From positions 7,192,001 to 7,256,000 of the forward strand of contig CM120649.1 of the NCBI GenBank assembly GCA_051362555.1: 64,000 nucleotides of DNA. Direction: 5' to 3'. Below are positions 24,460-37,173 of this stretch, piece after piece. The notes below the pieces were generated by a model. The model saw only the letters and a program-made list of their open reading frames with translations. It was not told the DNA's origin and did not search any database. Position numbers and translations under genes: made by a program. The stretch comes from Lingula anatina. Its lineage: Eukaryota; Animalia; Brachiopoda. Each line of letters starts with the position of its first letter. The first letter of the stretch is position 1.

Positions 24460-27400
24460 ATTGATCAACATAGACTGCGGCATGGTGTCCCCGTGCTTGT
24501 GATGGTGTCTCTCAAACTTATTAATGGTCAGCTCTCCCAACCACTCTGTCACAGTGATGTAATGCTCTGTGAGGTCAAGGTCATACAGGTTGCTGTGAGG
24601 GTCCTCAGACCGAGGCTGCCTGACCACTAGTGGACCAACGACACCATCGGCTCTCTGGAAACCGGAGTGCGCGTGCCAAAAATGGGATCCCGCCTCCTCA
24701 GCTTTGAAGCTTGAAAATACAAACTCGTAAATAAATCATATTGATGTAGATCCAATGTGTTCAATCCGACCCTGTATCACGCGTCGCGAGTTTTAAAGAC
24801 ACGCGGTCCATAACTTTTTTTGTCTACTTTGAACCGTTCTCTCTTTTGCGTCTTTGCTTTGTTGAAACAAAAATTGCAGGTGCTGACTTACGATAGAAAC
24901 ATATACTTTCTTCGACAACTGTTTGACATAGACATCACCAAGTAAGAAATCATGTTACCTTTTTTTCTAATTCCTTACTGAGATAATTGGATACTTTGAG
25001 GCAAGTATATTATCAAGGAAGTTACATTCTCATTACAATACGTATCAAACGGCAACATAACTTGGAGTTGATAAACATATCAGACTTACTTATATCTGAA
25101 TGAGCTGTAGGAATGTATTGGGCACTGAGTTACCATAGGTACCCCGTCCATATACTGCGTTCCCCGCTGAGATATTCCATGCCAGTGGATTGTGACGACA
25201 TCTGACGTCATAAGTTTGTTACGCACTGTTACCGATATAGTGTCATTGTGACATACCTTAAAATGAAGGAAAGAATTGCCATTTTAGCCAAAGCAACTAG
25301 CAGTGTCATAGAAAAATATGTTCGTGGACTGTGACCGGCTGCAAAAACCCGTTAATAGGACGTGACGGCCTCTGACGTCATCATTTACCAAAAGTGTTAC
25401 TGATGACATCAACAACATATCTATTAAATACATGATTAAACACATTCCTGAAATGTATTGTATTGCAACTTGTGTTACCGTGCTTGATTTTATCATCAAT
25501 TAGCAGGCGACAGAATGCTCTTATTCAGAAACTGTATTAAATCATCGATATTGACCAGCATGGTTCAATTGTAATCAAATCATTATGACGTCGACCTACA
25601 ACTGTCTTGTTCCGTACAGTACATTATTATTTAATCAAAACTGTTAAAAAGTGGTATTCCAGACGCTATCCCAACTATATGAGTAACTGTGTATGGGGAC
25701 TACAAATAGTGCATTATAAATGGTACTTAAATTATATGCACTAATGAAAAAAGAATGAGAAATTTACTGCTTACAAGTAAGGACACAGAAGCGTTGCCAA
25801 GTATATGTAAAAAACTTGTCCAATGTCACACTGCTGGGGAATATTTAGTTATAACATTGCTTTATGTATTATATATTCATTTATCTTCGATTACGTTTAA
25901 TTAATTAATACATTTACTTATTTATTTATAGCATGATATAATGTACTTAATTACCAAGGCATATGCATATGCAAGAGATTTTCCATCTTCAAATTATATC
26001 AAAACGTGAGCACAGAGGTCATCATTAAGACGTGATTACGTGCAGAGCCGATGAAGGTGACCTTTGGGACGTTATATTTAGAGCCGATTGGTAAGATAAT
26101 TGGCGTAATAAATGATTATACGGCAAGATATTTTTTATCTAAATGCGTAAAAACACTGTTATTTGAGATGCATGTATAAATGACACGACGAGGAGGAAGC
26201 AGCTGCGTTTTTTTTTCTTTTCAAGGTTCTTGTTGCCTTTGATATTTGATTGAAATAATGTTTCATGTATGACGTCACATGAATTATAAGAGCCTTAACG
26301 ACTGCAGCCTCGAAGGAAATGCATAGCACAAAAAAGCCGCATAAACTATTTCCGCGGTGAAAAAGATATCCTTTGCAAGTACAGAACTGCATTTTAAAAA
26401 AATATTAATGCAATTAATTTTTGCTTGTTGCTCTTAATAAATCTTCAAAGCGTAGTGTTATTGCTTCAAGATTAATTTCCTGCAAATTAAACTATTCTAC
26501 GTGCTTAACCAATTCTGACAGTCCTTTATTCCACCTCTCAGTAGTTTCATAAGCACATAAGTAAATAGATAACAAAAGAAGAAAATGAGAATAAATTAAT
26601 GATAATCAAATGGTTAAATAAATAAATAAAATAGTACTTACAAAAATTCCAGGTCCCGGCATCCGTCTATTCACCACCGTAATTGCCCTCTGGACGCCGT
26701 CTGCCGCAATGCATTCTGGACTGTCGCAATCGGTCTGGTTTAGGGGACAGTCTTGACACGCCTTACTGAGGACGTAATACCATTCCACAGTGAAGTCGTA
26801 CTCGCAGATCATCGGAGTGTCGCCATGTTTACACTCGCGCGCACAGGGGTGCTGGTTGTCGTCTGCAAAAGATATGTTTGCCATTACATACAAAATGTTT
26901 ACTCCTTCCACACTGTGGAAATTATTTTTTGAAAATTTTACGAATGGGAATGCTTTAGGCAAATAAATGAAGTATAAAAAAACATGGATGCACACACAGG
27001 CAAACAGACAAGCAGATATTGCATAGGGGTTTATTTTTTACTGTTTAAGCATACATTTAATACTTCGGTTGTTGAGATGCAAGTTTTGGCATTAAACATC
27101 TGACTTCTGTAACGTTCCAAGGGAATACCAACTACCCCAAAAAGGGGTTATTTAATCTACAGATTTACGTCACGCGTTACAAAACGTGTTTACGTTGACG
27201 AAAGTTATCCTCAATCCTTGACATGTTTGCTTGAAAATGTTTACGAAAATTCGAAAAACAAGTACATGGTCAGTTCCTCTCGGACCCAGTCCTAAAACAC
27301 ACAATTCATTTTCCTGTTTCAATATAATGTTATTGGTATTAATTAAGAAATCATAAGAAATCGTTTTTTTTTTTGAGTGCCATTTTACTTCAGTCACCGT

Positions 27401-27727
27401 TATCGGTGATGGGTATATGTACAGACAGAATGTATGACACAATATGAATTCCCCTCAATTTTCATAAAACCAGAAAGCTATCCCCCCTCACACACACACA
27501 CAAACATTATATCGCTTTGCGCCTTTCCCACCAGCGATATTTACTTCGATACAAAATTACATCAGGAGCAGCCTCGCCTCTTAACTAATCCTAGCCACGC
27601 CGCTAACCAGATTCTGGACAATTGTAATTAATACAGTAACAATATTTGCATTCATACCTGCATAATCCGCCGCCCAGACCACGGCTGCCAGAAACGAGAT
27701 CACCAACAACATAGAAACTCGACGCAT
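10216..27727 (-). CDS. Laccase-like three-domain multicopper oxidase (insect MCO1/laccase-type) with His/Met-rich insertion, signal peptide and C-terminal hydrophobic (GPI-like) tail; 9 coding exons
   Basis: Exons 5'->3' on -: 27727-27658, 26862-26642, 25256-25090, 24709-24459, 24163-23742, 23497-22340, 21936-21751, 10869-10722, 10505-10216. All are GT-AG and in phase. All four Cu motifs are present: [35 protein letters not shown]. The N-terminal Cys-rich region is [14 protein letters not shown]...CQDCP...C..ADG and the signal peptide is [19 protein letters not shown]. Confidence 0.95.
10722..10869 (-). CDS. MCO coding exon 8
   Basis: [23 protein letters not shown]. Confidence 0.93.
11037..11296. 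repeat. 260-bp direct repeat, copy 1
   Basis: Appears identical to 20099-20358. Confidence 0.95.
11295..11445. repeat. ~150-bp inverted repeat arm (pairs with 19935-20085)
   Basis: TTCTGGTCCTCAAATCAAGTTCGGTCCCTTGGTTCTAAACTGTTTAC is the exact reverse complement of the sequence ending at 20085. Identity falls further inward. Confidence 0.9.
12753..14020 (+). mobile_element. 5'-truncated non-LTR retrotransposon (RTEX/L2-like), RT C-terminus + Zn finger, one in-frame stop
   Basis: Motifs [56 protein letters not shown] and RICPHC...[10 protein letters not shown]. ORFs 12753-13196 and 13215-13796 share one frame. A (TTA)n-rich 3' UTR and AATAAA lie near 14011. Confidence 0.88.
14507..18451. mobile_element. 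Non-autonomous long-TIR DNA transposon (Academ-like)
   Basis: Termini TAGTCGAGTAGCCA...TGGCGACTCGACTA flanked by ATA/ATA (3-bp TSD). Imperfect inverted homology extends ~650 bp (14507-15165 versus 17797-18451). TAG ends, long TIRs and a 3-bp TSD fit Academ; the superfamily is inferred. Confidence 0.72.
16200..17078 (+). mobile_element. Degenerate Tc1/mariner transposase remnant nested in the TIR element
   Basis: Frameshifted motifs: [10 protein letters not shown]-terminus, [16 protein letters not shown] (QQDNA.PH-like) and [10 protein letters not shown]. Boundaries approximate. Confidence 0.8.
20099..20358. repeat. 260-bp direct repeat, copy 2
   Basis: Appears identical to 11037-11296. Confidence 0.95.
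20693..20943. mobile_element. MITE family B with TTA TSD (PIF/Harbinger-like)
   Basis: TTA|GACCCCACTTCTATACC...GGTATAGGAATGTGGAC|TTA with a palindromic body. Confidence 0.82.
21530..21746. mobile_element. MITE family A, left end truncated, abutting an MCO splice donor
   Basis: GATCCAACTCTGCGGGGACT...GGGAATGGGGCC|TTA. Confidence 0.78.
21751..21936 (-). CDS. MCO coding exon 7 (HPMHLH motif)
   Basis: FCN...[21 protein letters not shown]...[14 protein letters not shown]. Confidence 0.93.
22340..23497 (-). CDS. MCO coding exon 6 (contains His/Met-rich insertion)
   Basis: QLNPP...[10 protein letters not shown]-[insert][18 protein letters not shown]|GTGAGT; open reading frame throughout. Confidence 0.9.
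22430..22745 (-). repeat. Coding 15-bp tandem repeat encoding ~21 pentapeptides ([15 protein letters not shown])
   Basis: Repeated TAGAATGGTCCATGC/CAGAATTACCCATGG units inside MCO exon 6. Confidence 0.95.
23742..24163 (-). CDS. MCO coding exon 5 (domain 2)
   Basis: GKRHRFRM...[14 protein letters not shown]...SGERYDFVL...FWIR...AVLRY. Confidence 0.93.
24414..24458. repeat. (CA)n microsatellite starting at an MCO splice donor
   Basis: Perfect CA run. Confidence 0.95.
24459..24709 (-). CDS. MCO coding exon 4 (WHAH motif)
   Basis: [22 protein letters not shown]...SMLING. Confidence 0.93.
25090..25256 (-). CDS. MCO coding exon 3 (HWH motif)
   Basis: [13 protein letters not shown]...[26 protein letters not shown]. 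Confidence 0.93.
26642..26862 (-). CDS. MCO coding exon 2 (Cys-rich N-terminus)
   Basis: HPCAREC...[21 protein letters not shown]|GTAAGT. Confidence 0.92.
27658..27727 (-). CDS. MCO coding exon 1 (signal peptide)
   Basis: GCC ATG context, hydrophobic core and CAG|GTATG donor. An upstream acceptor at 27745-27746 implies a non-coding first exon. Confidence 0.8.
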
Positions 27728-30700
27728 GGCTCCGCTGGCAAAGTCTGGAAAACAGACAAATTAAAGACCTAAATTATATCGTCTGGAAAACGCTGATACA
27801 TTGGAACAGGAACACTGAAATGAATATGTTTCTGCTCGAGCAAAGAAAAAAACTCAATTTTGAGAAAGTATTTACCGATATTGCTCCAACGCGCAGGTTA
27901 CATTTCGCACGACTGCCTTTTTTGCTGCGATTTTACTTCAGTTCTTACTGAAGGGCAGAACGGCAGTCTGATTACGTAATCGATACTTTTATTTTTACGC
28001 TTGACCAACGCGTGCGACCTTGGTTTGAATAATAGTCTGGAAAAAGCTAAAAAAATCGTACTAACAGTATCAAATTCCGGTCGTGCAGAAGTTACATTTA
28101 CTCAATTTTTTTTATTTGCTTCCGTTCACGTTTATCAAATAGGGAACACTTGCTCAGTTCGAGTTCGTTACTAGTTGGCCTATACGTGTAAGCTAGTGCT
28201 TGTATCGAAGAATCCAACACCCTGTATATTAAATATTAGGGATAATGAGAAAGATAATGTTTTTTTTGTTTGGTGTATCACTTGAGAACAAGAGTTGCCA
28301 GTGTCTTGACAAATATGTTTTCGTTTTTTATTCCATTGGATAAAATCCGACGCGTATGCACAGATCTTGAACAATATTCGCCAGGGCAATGCTAACCGCA
28401 AAAATAGTCCATTTACACTCTTTCAGACACTTCAAACGCGCAGAACTAGTCAAATGTCAAGCTGCACACACCAACAAGCCACGCCAGGAACGAGATGGTT
28501 CAATATTGAAACATACATATCCCACGCAGGGATAGGCGCTGTCGTTGAAGTCAAACAAAGTTCAGCGTCAGGGGTCGTGTGGCAGGAATGACAGTCCTGG
28601 GAATGGTAGGCCAGGGTCCCAAATGATTGGTACAGCTTGCAGGGTTTAACCAAGGTGGCAGCGTGGTCAGTATGTGGGTCGAATGTTACGTGCACAACAG
28701 GGTCGGATTATTTGAAGGGGGGGGGGGGGGGGGGGTTCGCGGATGCGAAACCGACCCTCCCCTTGGCGTGGGGTTCGGGGCCCGCTGAAGGGCCCGAAAA
28801 GTTTTGGTATTATAGAGGGTGAACGGTACCATTTGGTACGGTTTAGAACTATGATTCAGCTGGTCAAAATTCTAATTTCAAGAGGAGACCATTGGTGTGA
28901 TTTTTTTCCAGAAATCGAAGGAGGGGGTCAGGACCCCCCCCCCCCCCCCCCCAACACTCTCTAAACCCACCACTGTACAAGGAAATGGTTAATGGACTAC
29001 AATTCCCATCAGATTACCATTTCTTTCACACGTTTCCCTAGAAGAATTACAGTCCGTAATTTGGTATCATCTTTAACCCGAACATGTTGGTTTTACTTTG
29101 TACCGGTTCATATAAGTCCTTAGTAGCCCAAGAAAATAATATAACTGTTGTTCCAGAGCATTAGCCGTGTCATATTTATTATAAAACACTGGACTGCTAT
29201 AAATCTATCAAAGTAGACTATAAAAACTGGTGAGAAAACTTAGGCCAATAAATACAATTATTCCGTGAAATAATCCTTTTCAGTGAATATCAAGCTTTGC
29301 GATATGCCACCACAGTGGCACCGTGCACCGTTTTTAACCGCTATGTAATTATTCTCCTGATTAATATCTATAACGACGCTGTTGTTTAACCACGGAACTT
29401 GTCCAAGTTTAACGCACGTTTTTATTTTTAATTTAAAATTAAAATTTCCAGGCTTATCTTGTGGTATTTCACTGGTACAACAACTCAACGTTCGACCACA
29501 TATCGTCATACATGGATCTTAACTACACTTTGACCCCTCTTTAATAGTGGACAATTTACAATATTAGATCTATGCAGATTAAAATAAAGATGAATCAAGA
29601 TTATTTTCGTCATCTATCATGGCAGCAATATTTAGAGTCATGGACTCTTAGATTAAGTAAATGAAAACCAAAAATAGAAATCGCTTCCCTTTATATATTA
29701 CTCACTTCATATGTTATTCCTTCACTCGGCATTCATTTTTACTCCGATCTTTTGTAAGTAAAAACTGAAGGTTACATTTAACTTGCGCTTTTACCAGCAT
29801 GTATATAATATGAAGTGCTTCAATTCTCGCTTTTAAAAACAAATCCCCAACTGAAACAGTAATTTTACAATATGAACATATGATAGGTACCCGGTTAGGT
29901 TTAAGGCAAATCGTTAAATGCCCCTTTTTTATACCAATCAAGCTGCTTCGCAGCAAACAGCTTCCCATTAAAATACCAAATTGTCTACCAAAAGACCGAC
30001 ACCCAGGATAAATAGAAAAGCTGTCAAAACTCACCTTTCGATTCAGCTGTAATTTTAAAAGAAACTATCTGTAATGTCAAGTAAAAAAAAGCCTGGTTTA
30101 TCACGAACGCATTCCCCTGTCTACATTAAGTGCTCAGGTGTCAAAGCTGCTTTTCATCAAAGTCAATAAACAGGTAGCTGATTGACTATAGAGAGGGAAT
30201 CTAATGAAACACACGAGTCTCTGCCAAACGCAGGCACTTCTGTCTGTCATTCTCCAATCATAAAAACAACCAGCTTTGCATATCACACCATATGTCCGTG
30301 GTATGTTACGATTATCGTGAGGCATATCTGCCATACGTATGAGTGCTTAAAAACCGCCTCTGCAATTTGCAGTAAAGGATTTTACCTGAAAGCCCGGCTT
30401 ACTTGGTAACTTAAGAGCTGAGCTAATGGTACCGCAAAACTGTCGACGCAGCGTCTTGTTGAACCGCGGGAGACATAAAGAATAGCGTAGCATGCACACT
30501 TTCTTGCTTATTTAAGGGTCTTGTCTTGAACAGGCGCGTAACTCAGCTGCCAAGTCACTGTGTGCGCTGGGCCCATGATCGCTGACTTGCAAAGTACCCA
30601 TATCTGTTGATCTTTTTCGTTAAATTAGTCGTGTAAAGTGGACGATTCTTTTCCTTAGAGAGTATAACTGTACTTAAATTTCAGACTTCATTGAGACATT

Positions 30701-30834
30701 AGTCTGCAAGTGATAAAATCTATTTATAATGGAGTCGAATTAATTCGGTAGATTTTTAAAGACGGCAAAATAGATGGGGCAGGCTAAAACGTGACCAAAA
30801 ACATGCTAGAAACATTGTTATTTAGGGGAAGGTG

Positions 30835-30837
<3 letters not shown>

Positions 30838-30888
<51 letters not shown>
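30838..30888. repeat. (TC)n(AC)n microsatellite
   Basis: Visible directly. Confidence 0.9.
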
Positions 30889-30889
<1 letters not shown>

Positions 30890-32057
30890 TTTTCTCTCTC
30901 TCTTGTTTACACGATCGAGCATACAAGTACACCAGTGCTTGTTATTCACACACATAAAAATATATAAAAAGATTGTTTGAGAAATGTAAAAGAAAAAAAA
31001 ACATTTCACGACTTATTCAGTTGTGTGTCGATCCCTTTTCAATTAGGGGCTAGACTGTTGTTCTCACTTGTGCGATTCAACTTAGCATGGAATTCAAGGT
31101 CATTGAACATTGAACTGTTTCATAAGCAGCAAATAAATAACAGTGATTTTTACTCAGAAACGCAAGGGTCAGAGTATAGTGTAAACAATACCAACTGGCG
31201 CCGTCCTTGAAAGCATACCAATACAAAACACTCTATGAAAGTTTTATAAATATATTTTCAAGTAAGTTCACAAAAAGAGCTTCTTCTTCTGGTGACCCTG
31301 ACAACCTGTAAAATTATATCTCAAACGTTGCTTCTTTCATTGTGTAAAAAATGAAAGTTCAAATTATGAAGGACCAAGGAGTTGGAAGGACGAAGTGTGA
31401 TAACAAAAATGTTCGTCTGATATACTACATGTATAATGTGGTCATATATCAAAACTAAACGTTTTCACCAATAATATCAAGCAAGAAGACCAAGTCTATT
31501 AGTCTCTAGCAAATTAAATCATTGTCAATTGTCCATATAGCTCTTGTGCAACTGAAGAGGTAGGCCTAACCACTGAATAACCATAAGAGTATCACGCAAA
31601 ACGATAGGCTACCAAGCTTCCATGAGGTGTGTTAATTAAGTATGTCTCGTTCCCATCAGTTTTAACTAAGGCCTGGCTTATGTCTACACACATACATATA
31701 TTAGATGTGACCGTTGTCGGAATTGCCCGAAAATTGACACCCGGTGACCTATCAATGATACTTATTATTTACCAATTAAGTCCCCCTCCCAACAATTTAA
31801 GCTGAGGTCAGGTTTATGTCTAGACGCACTCATCCCTGGAGTCAAAATGCAATTGGTAATCCAGTATCTACGCGTTTTGTGTTAAATAAATGTATGTGTT
31901 AAAGAAGTCTCGCTTCCGTCAGTTAAATATTTTATGTTTCAGGTATAGATCCAGTAAATCGCCCTGAGTTCCAGAGGTCACAGTAAAACTCTGAGTACTG
32001 GAAATGACAGAGGCATACTTTTTTTAAAATGTACCGCACGATGTGAAACTGACCCAA

Positions 32058-32295
32058 GGACCCATTCCCAATAAAACTATGTTTCTACGTAGATCGATCC
32101 AACTCCGCCTGGACTCTCGTTGAATGCAATCAAATTAACATATCATCACGCCATTCTTGTTTCCAACGTACTCATCTTTTCTGAAGTCTAATATACGCCA
32201 GGAGGAAGCGCGTTAATCTTTTAATCTGATTGAATTCAGCGAGAGTCCCCGCGGAGTTGGTATGTAGAACGATAGTTTCATTCGGAATGGGCCAC
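32058..32295. mobile_element. MITE family A
   Basis: GGACCCATTCCCAAT...ATTCGGAATGGGCC; homologous to 2872-3129. Confidence 0.8.
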
Positions 32296-33927
32296 TACAT
32301 GTATGAGTGGTAAGTTTCCCGCTACCGCTCAAACTCCGGGTGTTCCGACCACCAGCTGATTAACCGCCGAGTTTAAATAAGGGGGCATCTTTGTGGCAAA
32401 TCCTTTATACAAATACCGTCCCTAAAATTTAATTATTGTCTTAATTAATGAACAAATGGAAGTCTTGTTTGAAGAATAAACCGTGAACTTCTTCACATGT
32501 ATGCAAGGATGTCGCGAATTGTACGTAGTACTAGTAAAGAAGGAATGGAGGCTGATTACCAGTGGAATAAAAATGAAAGTGAATATAGGTCATAAACGCT
32601 ATAATTACAAAGCATGTTATTGGTTTCGCGTTTATCCTTGATCTTCATACTGGGTATCTCAACCTACTCGTTGCATCTATCATTGTTAAAAACATATATC
32701 TAAAAATAGACAAGAATTGATCACAAAAGCCAATTGTAACACATTCCCGAAATAGGTCATAACCTCTGAAAACCTTTGGTAACATTTGGTAACATATAAG
32801 TGAGATAAAGGTCACTGAAGATAACAGAAAGAAGACAAAACCGATATTGAGTAGGCATCATACTAGAAACTCAGAGGTCAGTCGTGAAGTTAAAGGAATA
32901 ATAACTCTTCATTTTGCTCCCCCCCCCCAAAAAAAAAAAAAATTTTTTTTTTCCTGGAGTAAACAACAATTAACCCATACTTACCAATGGTTAATGAATC
33001 CATTTTACATCAAAATTTAGTCCCTGTTTTTTTTCTAAAAAGTTTAGCCATCAATGGAGGTCACATGGTCTAAAGACAAGCCCAGATATCAGAATAATAT
33101 ATAGCTATAACTGCCGTTTTTGTGGTAAAACAGAATATATTATATTTCTATGAGTTGTTCACAATGTTTTTATTGTGAAATATAGATCTCATACGAAGAG
33201 TTATTATCCCTTTAAGGTTTCTACATGTACCGCCCTAGCTTTCTCTTCACAGGCAGATGATTTACACATGCTCTAAGTGTTTCTTCTCTTAATAAGTCAA
33301 TTAGGATTTTCAATTTCATTATAGTTTTCAAAATACCTCAATTTACTACACTAACACTATTTATCGTGTTTTAATCGATGTATTATATAATGCCAAAACA
33401 CGTAGCTATAACAAAGAGATCCTAGAGACAATACGGGTACACTGCTAAAAAGGCAATATGATACGTTGGCTGGATGGTCTGGTTACCTAACAACATAATG
33501 TCGTTTATGACAATTTGTATAATAAAATATACATACAGTATATTACTCACCAAACTAGTACAAGCACACTCGACCTCTACTTTCTGATGGTAAAGTAACC
33601 TCACATTTGACCTGGTCCTTATCCCGTTTATCCCATGTGATGTTCTTGATATTTGCTATTACAAATCAGATGCAATTAATCCAGGTCACAGACATGTAGG
33701 CTACCCTGAGTTTCAGAGATTTCTGTAACAAGAAACGGCCGGACTTTGTTGCTCGAGGAGAGGCTCTTTGTTTGAGGGTTGTGTTAGAAAGCTGTGTCTT
33801 GTCGAAAGCCCCGTGAACGACACGCGGCGAGCATCAGAGGCATGCTGTTCCAGGTTTACTAACTTAATTAATGCACCATGTTTCGGCTTTCTGGAAGGAG
33901 CAGGTCTTATCAACACATCCGCACGTA

Positions 33928-34171
33928 GGACAGGTTTCCCATACCGAGATTGACCTAACAGGATCGATCCATCTCCTAGGGGTTTCTCGCTAAATTGCTT
34001 TTAGCTTAAGCGGCTTAGATGTCTGGCACGCCTACTGAAGATGCTAAACGATAATTAATTACCCCCTAGCAGCTTCAGTAGGCGTGACAGATATCTAAGC
34101 TGCAATTTAGCGAGAACCCTTTGGAGATAGATCGATCCACAGTTAGTGCGATAGGCTCTGGGAATGGTCCC
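33928..34171. mobile_element. MITE family B
   Basis: GATCGATCCATCTCC...GGAGATAGATCGATC palindrome; ends GGGAATGGTCCC|TAA. Confidence 0.78.
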
Positions 34172-36425
34172 TAAGGGGTCCGCAATATGACTGTAGAAGA
34201 CGGGGGCATGCTGATAGTATGAAGGCGAGTTTCCAGTGAACTTTAAAACTCAGGGTGACAGATCTCCGAAAATATCATTCTCCGAAAATATCATTTATCT
34301 CTAGAGCACTCTGCATATGCAAAGGCAGCGCCTTATCTAGCTTTCCAAAGTTTTTCAAGTTCCAAAATAAAGTTAGGCCCTATTATTTTTTACAAACTGT
34401 AATTAATGCTGGATTCTTTAAAAATTATGTTTACTGTCTTTACAATGTTATCAAACCAATTTGCATTTATAATAAAGCCAGATTTTCGTTCAATGAAAAA
34501 CCTTGTGGTCCAAGTATATATGATGTCCGTTATGCACCATTGCTGCAAAAGTTTCTGGATCAGCTCCTGCGACTCCAGTTAACTCTCCAGAAATTTGAAA
34601 CGCATGAAATGGCGCGTATGTATGCCTTAATTAAGAAACGGCTCCTCGTCAGTATTTTATTAATTTTTTTTCTTTCTAGCTTGGTAACTGAGAACTGCAT
34701 TTAGTTCAATTTGTGGTACCATGCATGGCCAGAATATGTGAATTTTCGTTCATCACACCACCGACTCCTGTGCAATATACTTGCGTGTTGTTTGTTAAAA
34801 ATGGTTGATATAGCACCATCAGGCTTTTAATCAAGTGAAACCTTTTAATCTACATAAAACTAAAAGACACTATACTGGTGCTCGCAATTAACACCCGCAT
34901 CGGAATATTTTTATGGAATGAAATATGAAATTATATTGAATGATACGAGACGGCCTGGTATATCTTCATGAACGCAACAATAAAAATAATAACAATAATA
35001 ATGGTAAATAAATAAATTAAATCAAATTAAAAAATAGTATAAAGAATAAATCCCAATAAAATGAGCCTGCGTATTTTAAACCAAGTAATTGTTAAGCGCG
35101 TTTTGCGATTTATTTGTATTGGTTGCCTCATTGTTTAGCTTTGAAACATTCGAGATGATTAAATGCAACAAGTGGCTGCAATACAAAAACAAGACTGGAT
35201 TTCTGTCAATAAGGTTACGGACCTCATAGCAGGGCACAGATAAAGAAAATAATATGGCTATTCTGTGTCGGTCTTGACGCATGAACGGCAACCGCTACAT
35301 AGAATCGGATCCGAAGCACTAGCAGATATGATATTCGTACGTAACAATAATGGAGCATTGTTTTTACGGTACATACCTCTGGTTGTCTCTTGCTCTTAGG
35401 TCAGTAACCGTTCACTCTTTATAGGCAGCAGGTCAATGTACAGTAACCTCTCAGTCGCGGCACACGTGCGGTCACGGCCGTACAATCAATACATGTGTTC
35501 TTGGTCTGGAAGAGGCTGAAGAGGGTGGGCTCTACTGACAGCTCCTCCGGTGCTCATGCACTAGAGTCAAGTCGTAAATGTAAATGAAATCTGACCTATT
35601 ATAACTGTTCCAAAGCATGCCGTCATGTTCTGGAGCCGTGTTTGCGCCGTCGTTGTGCAAGGAATACAAGTAGGCCTATTCTTTGTCCGTGAGCAAAGGT
35701 TGCCAGTGACTCGGCGAAAATCCATTTTGATAAGGGTCCAGGGTTTCGTAGCACACGAAATAGAGGGGCAATTGGGGGAGGGGAGATTGGTCACAGTTCA
35801 CGGGAAATAATTAATTAAAATCGTCAATTCGCAAATCACAGTAATTAAATTAAACTTTATTCATAATATCATTGAAAGATGTGACTTCAAAATCACGAAT
35901 CATCGAGCATAATATGACTTCGTTTCTCGTAGGACGAAGAATAAGAAGCCGCATTCGCATTCATAGGAATGGGGTGCTCTACGGATCACGCTAAATTATA
36001 TCGTTTCATCTTGAGAAATAAAAAGTAGTTTTCACTGGAAACAAAAATACCCAGTAGGACCCTCTAAACAGTTTTAGACGAGGCGAGCGCCAACACCCTG
36101 AGAGTCAGAGACTGAAGGAGAAATTTGGTAACACAGTCTGAGGCGAGCTTCCAGCTTTCCATATCCTGATACCGAAAGACAGCTGGGCACAAGCCACGGT
36201 TTCACTAAATTAAGTCAGGTTCTCTGGCTAAGAACTTATAATTACCAAGGTTTCATGGTCACATGTCAGGGCCGTAGCCTGAGCAAAATGCCAGGGGGGG
36301 GCAGTAAGCGGACACGAGGGGGCGAAGCCCCCGAGGGGGGAGGGGGTGTCCCTTACCAGAGTGGCCCCATCTTATCCTATCAGGTGTAGTGTAACAGCAC
36401 TCTCATAGAAATCCTAGTCAACTAA

Positions 36426-36650
36426 GAACCCATTCCCATAGATTTTAGATCGATCTATCCCTGTGGGGAGTCTCACTAGATTACTGTCAGCTTAGCCGGC
36501 TTAAGCGTCTGTCCCGCCTGCTAAAAGCTGTAAGGTGGTAATTAACTATGGTGCGCGCTCGGCTGACTGCAATTTAGCTTGAACCCCCAGGGAGTTAGGT
36601 CGATCTTAATCTAAATATCTGGATCGATCTAAATCTCTGGGAATGCACCC
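36426..36650. mobile_element. MITE family B-related
   Basis: TAA|GAACCCATTCCCATAGATTTTAGATCGATC...GATCGATCTAAATCTCTGGGAATGCACCC|TTA. Confidence 0.75.
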
Positions 36651-37122
36651 TTAAAGCCAGAGAACTACTGACTTGAGTTTTTTTTTTTTTTTGTGTGCGT
36701 GTGTGTGTGTGTGTGTAAAACTGGGACCAGTTTCATCAACACTGGATAGTATACTATCCTGTGGATAACACTGTCCATTGGACAAAATTGTTACTTTCTG
36801 AAAAGAGTAATTTATTTGTTTCACAAATGTTTGTCTCTGTATGATATTGCCATCCAGTGGTTAAAATTAAATGGCTGCTATGTGCTGTCTCAGCTTAGCA
36901 ACTGACAAACATTCAAAAGTTATCATACAAACGTCAGGACAAACCATACTAAGATTGTATCTTACTATTGTGAGCTATATGTGTAAAGTAGTTAGCTCAT
37001 ATGTATTTTTGGTATTATAATGATCCTAAGTAGTTATACTTAGCCTATTTAAGCTTATGTGCAAAATTTATGTAAAACTTTAGAAAGCTTGTAAAATGTA
37101 ACTGTACACATTTAATGTTCAA

Positions 37123-37125
37123 TTA

Positions 37126-37172
<47 letters not shown>
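37123..37172. repeat. (TTA)n microsatellite
   Basis: Visible directly. Confidence 0.9.

Positions 37173-37173
<1 letters not shown>

Noticed and set aside
10216-27727. Horizontal transfer of the whole MCO from bacteria
   Set aside because: The gene has eight spliceosomal introns in the CDS and an insect-laccase-type Cys-rich N-terminus. Only the low-complexity insert resembles CopA/CueO, so convergence is more parsimonious.
3307-27727. Selenoprotein (UGA-recoded) gene linked to the tRNA-Sec
   Set aside because: Neither the SLC19A nor the MCO exon chain needs an in-frame TGA, and no SECIS was recognised.
28698-28975. G/C-run-rich CAGGG...CACTG segment (similar type at ~36267-36350)
   Set aside because: Probably a small non-autonomous repeat, but TIR and TSD could not be defined well enough to call.
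30030-30520. Possible non-coding first exon and TATA of the MCO (GTGAGT donor near 30034, TTAAATAA near 30510 on -)
   Set aside because: Plausible, but such short motifs are too common to support without transcript data.
34255-35810. ORFs of 60-150 aa in the intergenic region
   Set aside because: No domain motifs, coding-like composition or splice-consistent partners; probably chance ORFs or TE debris.
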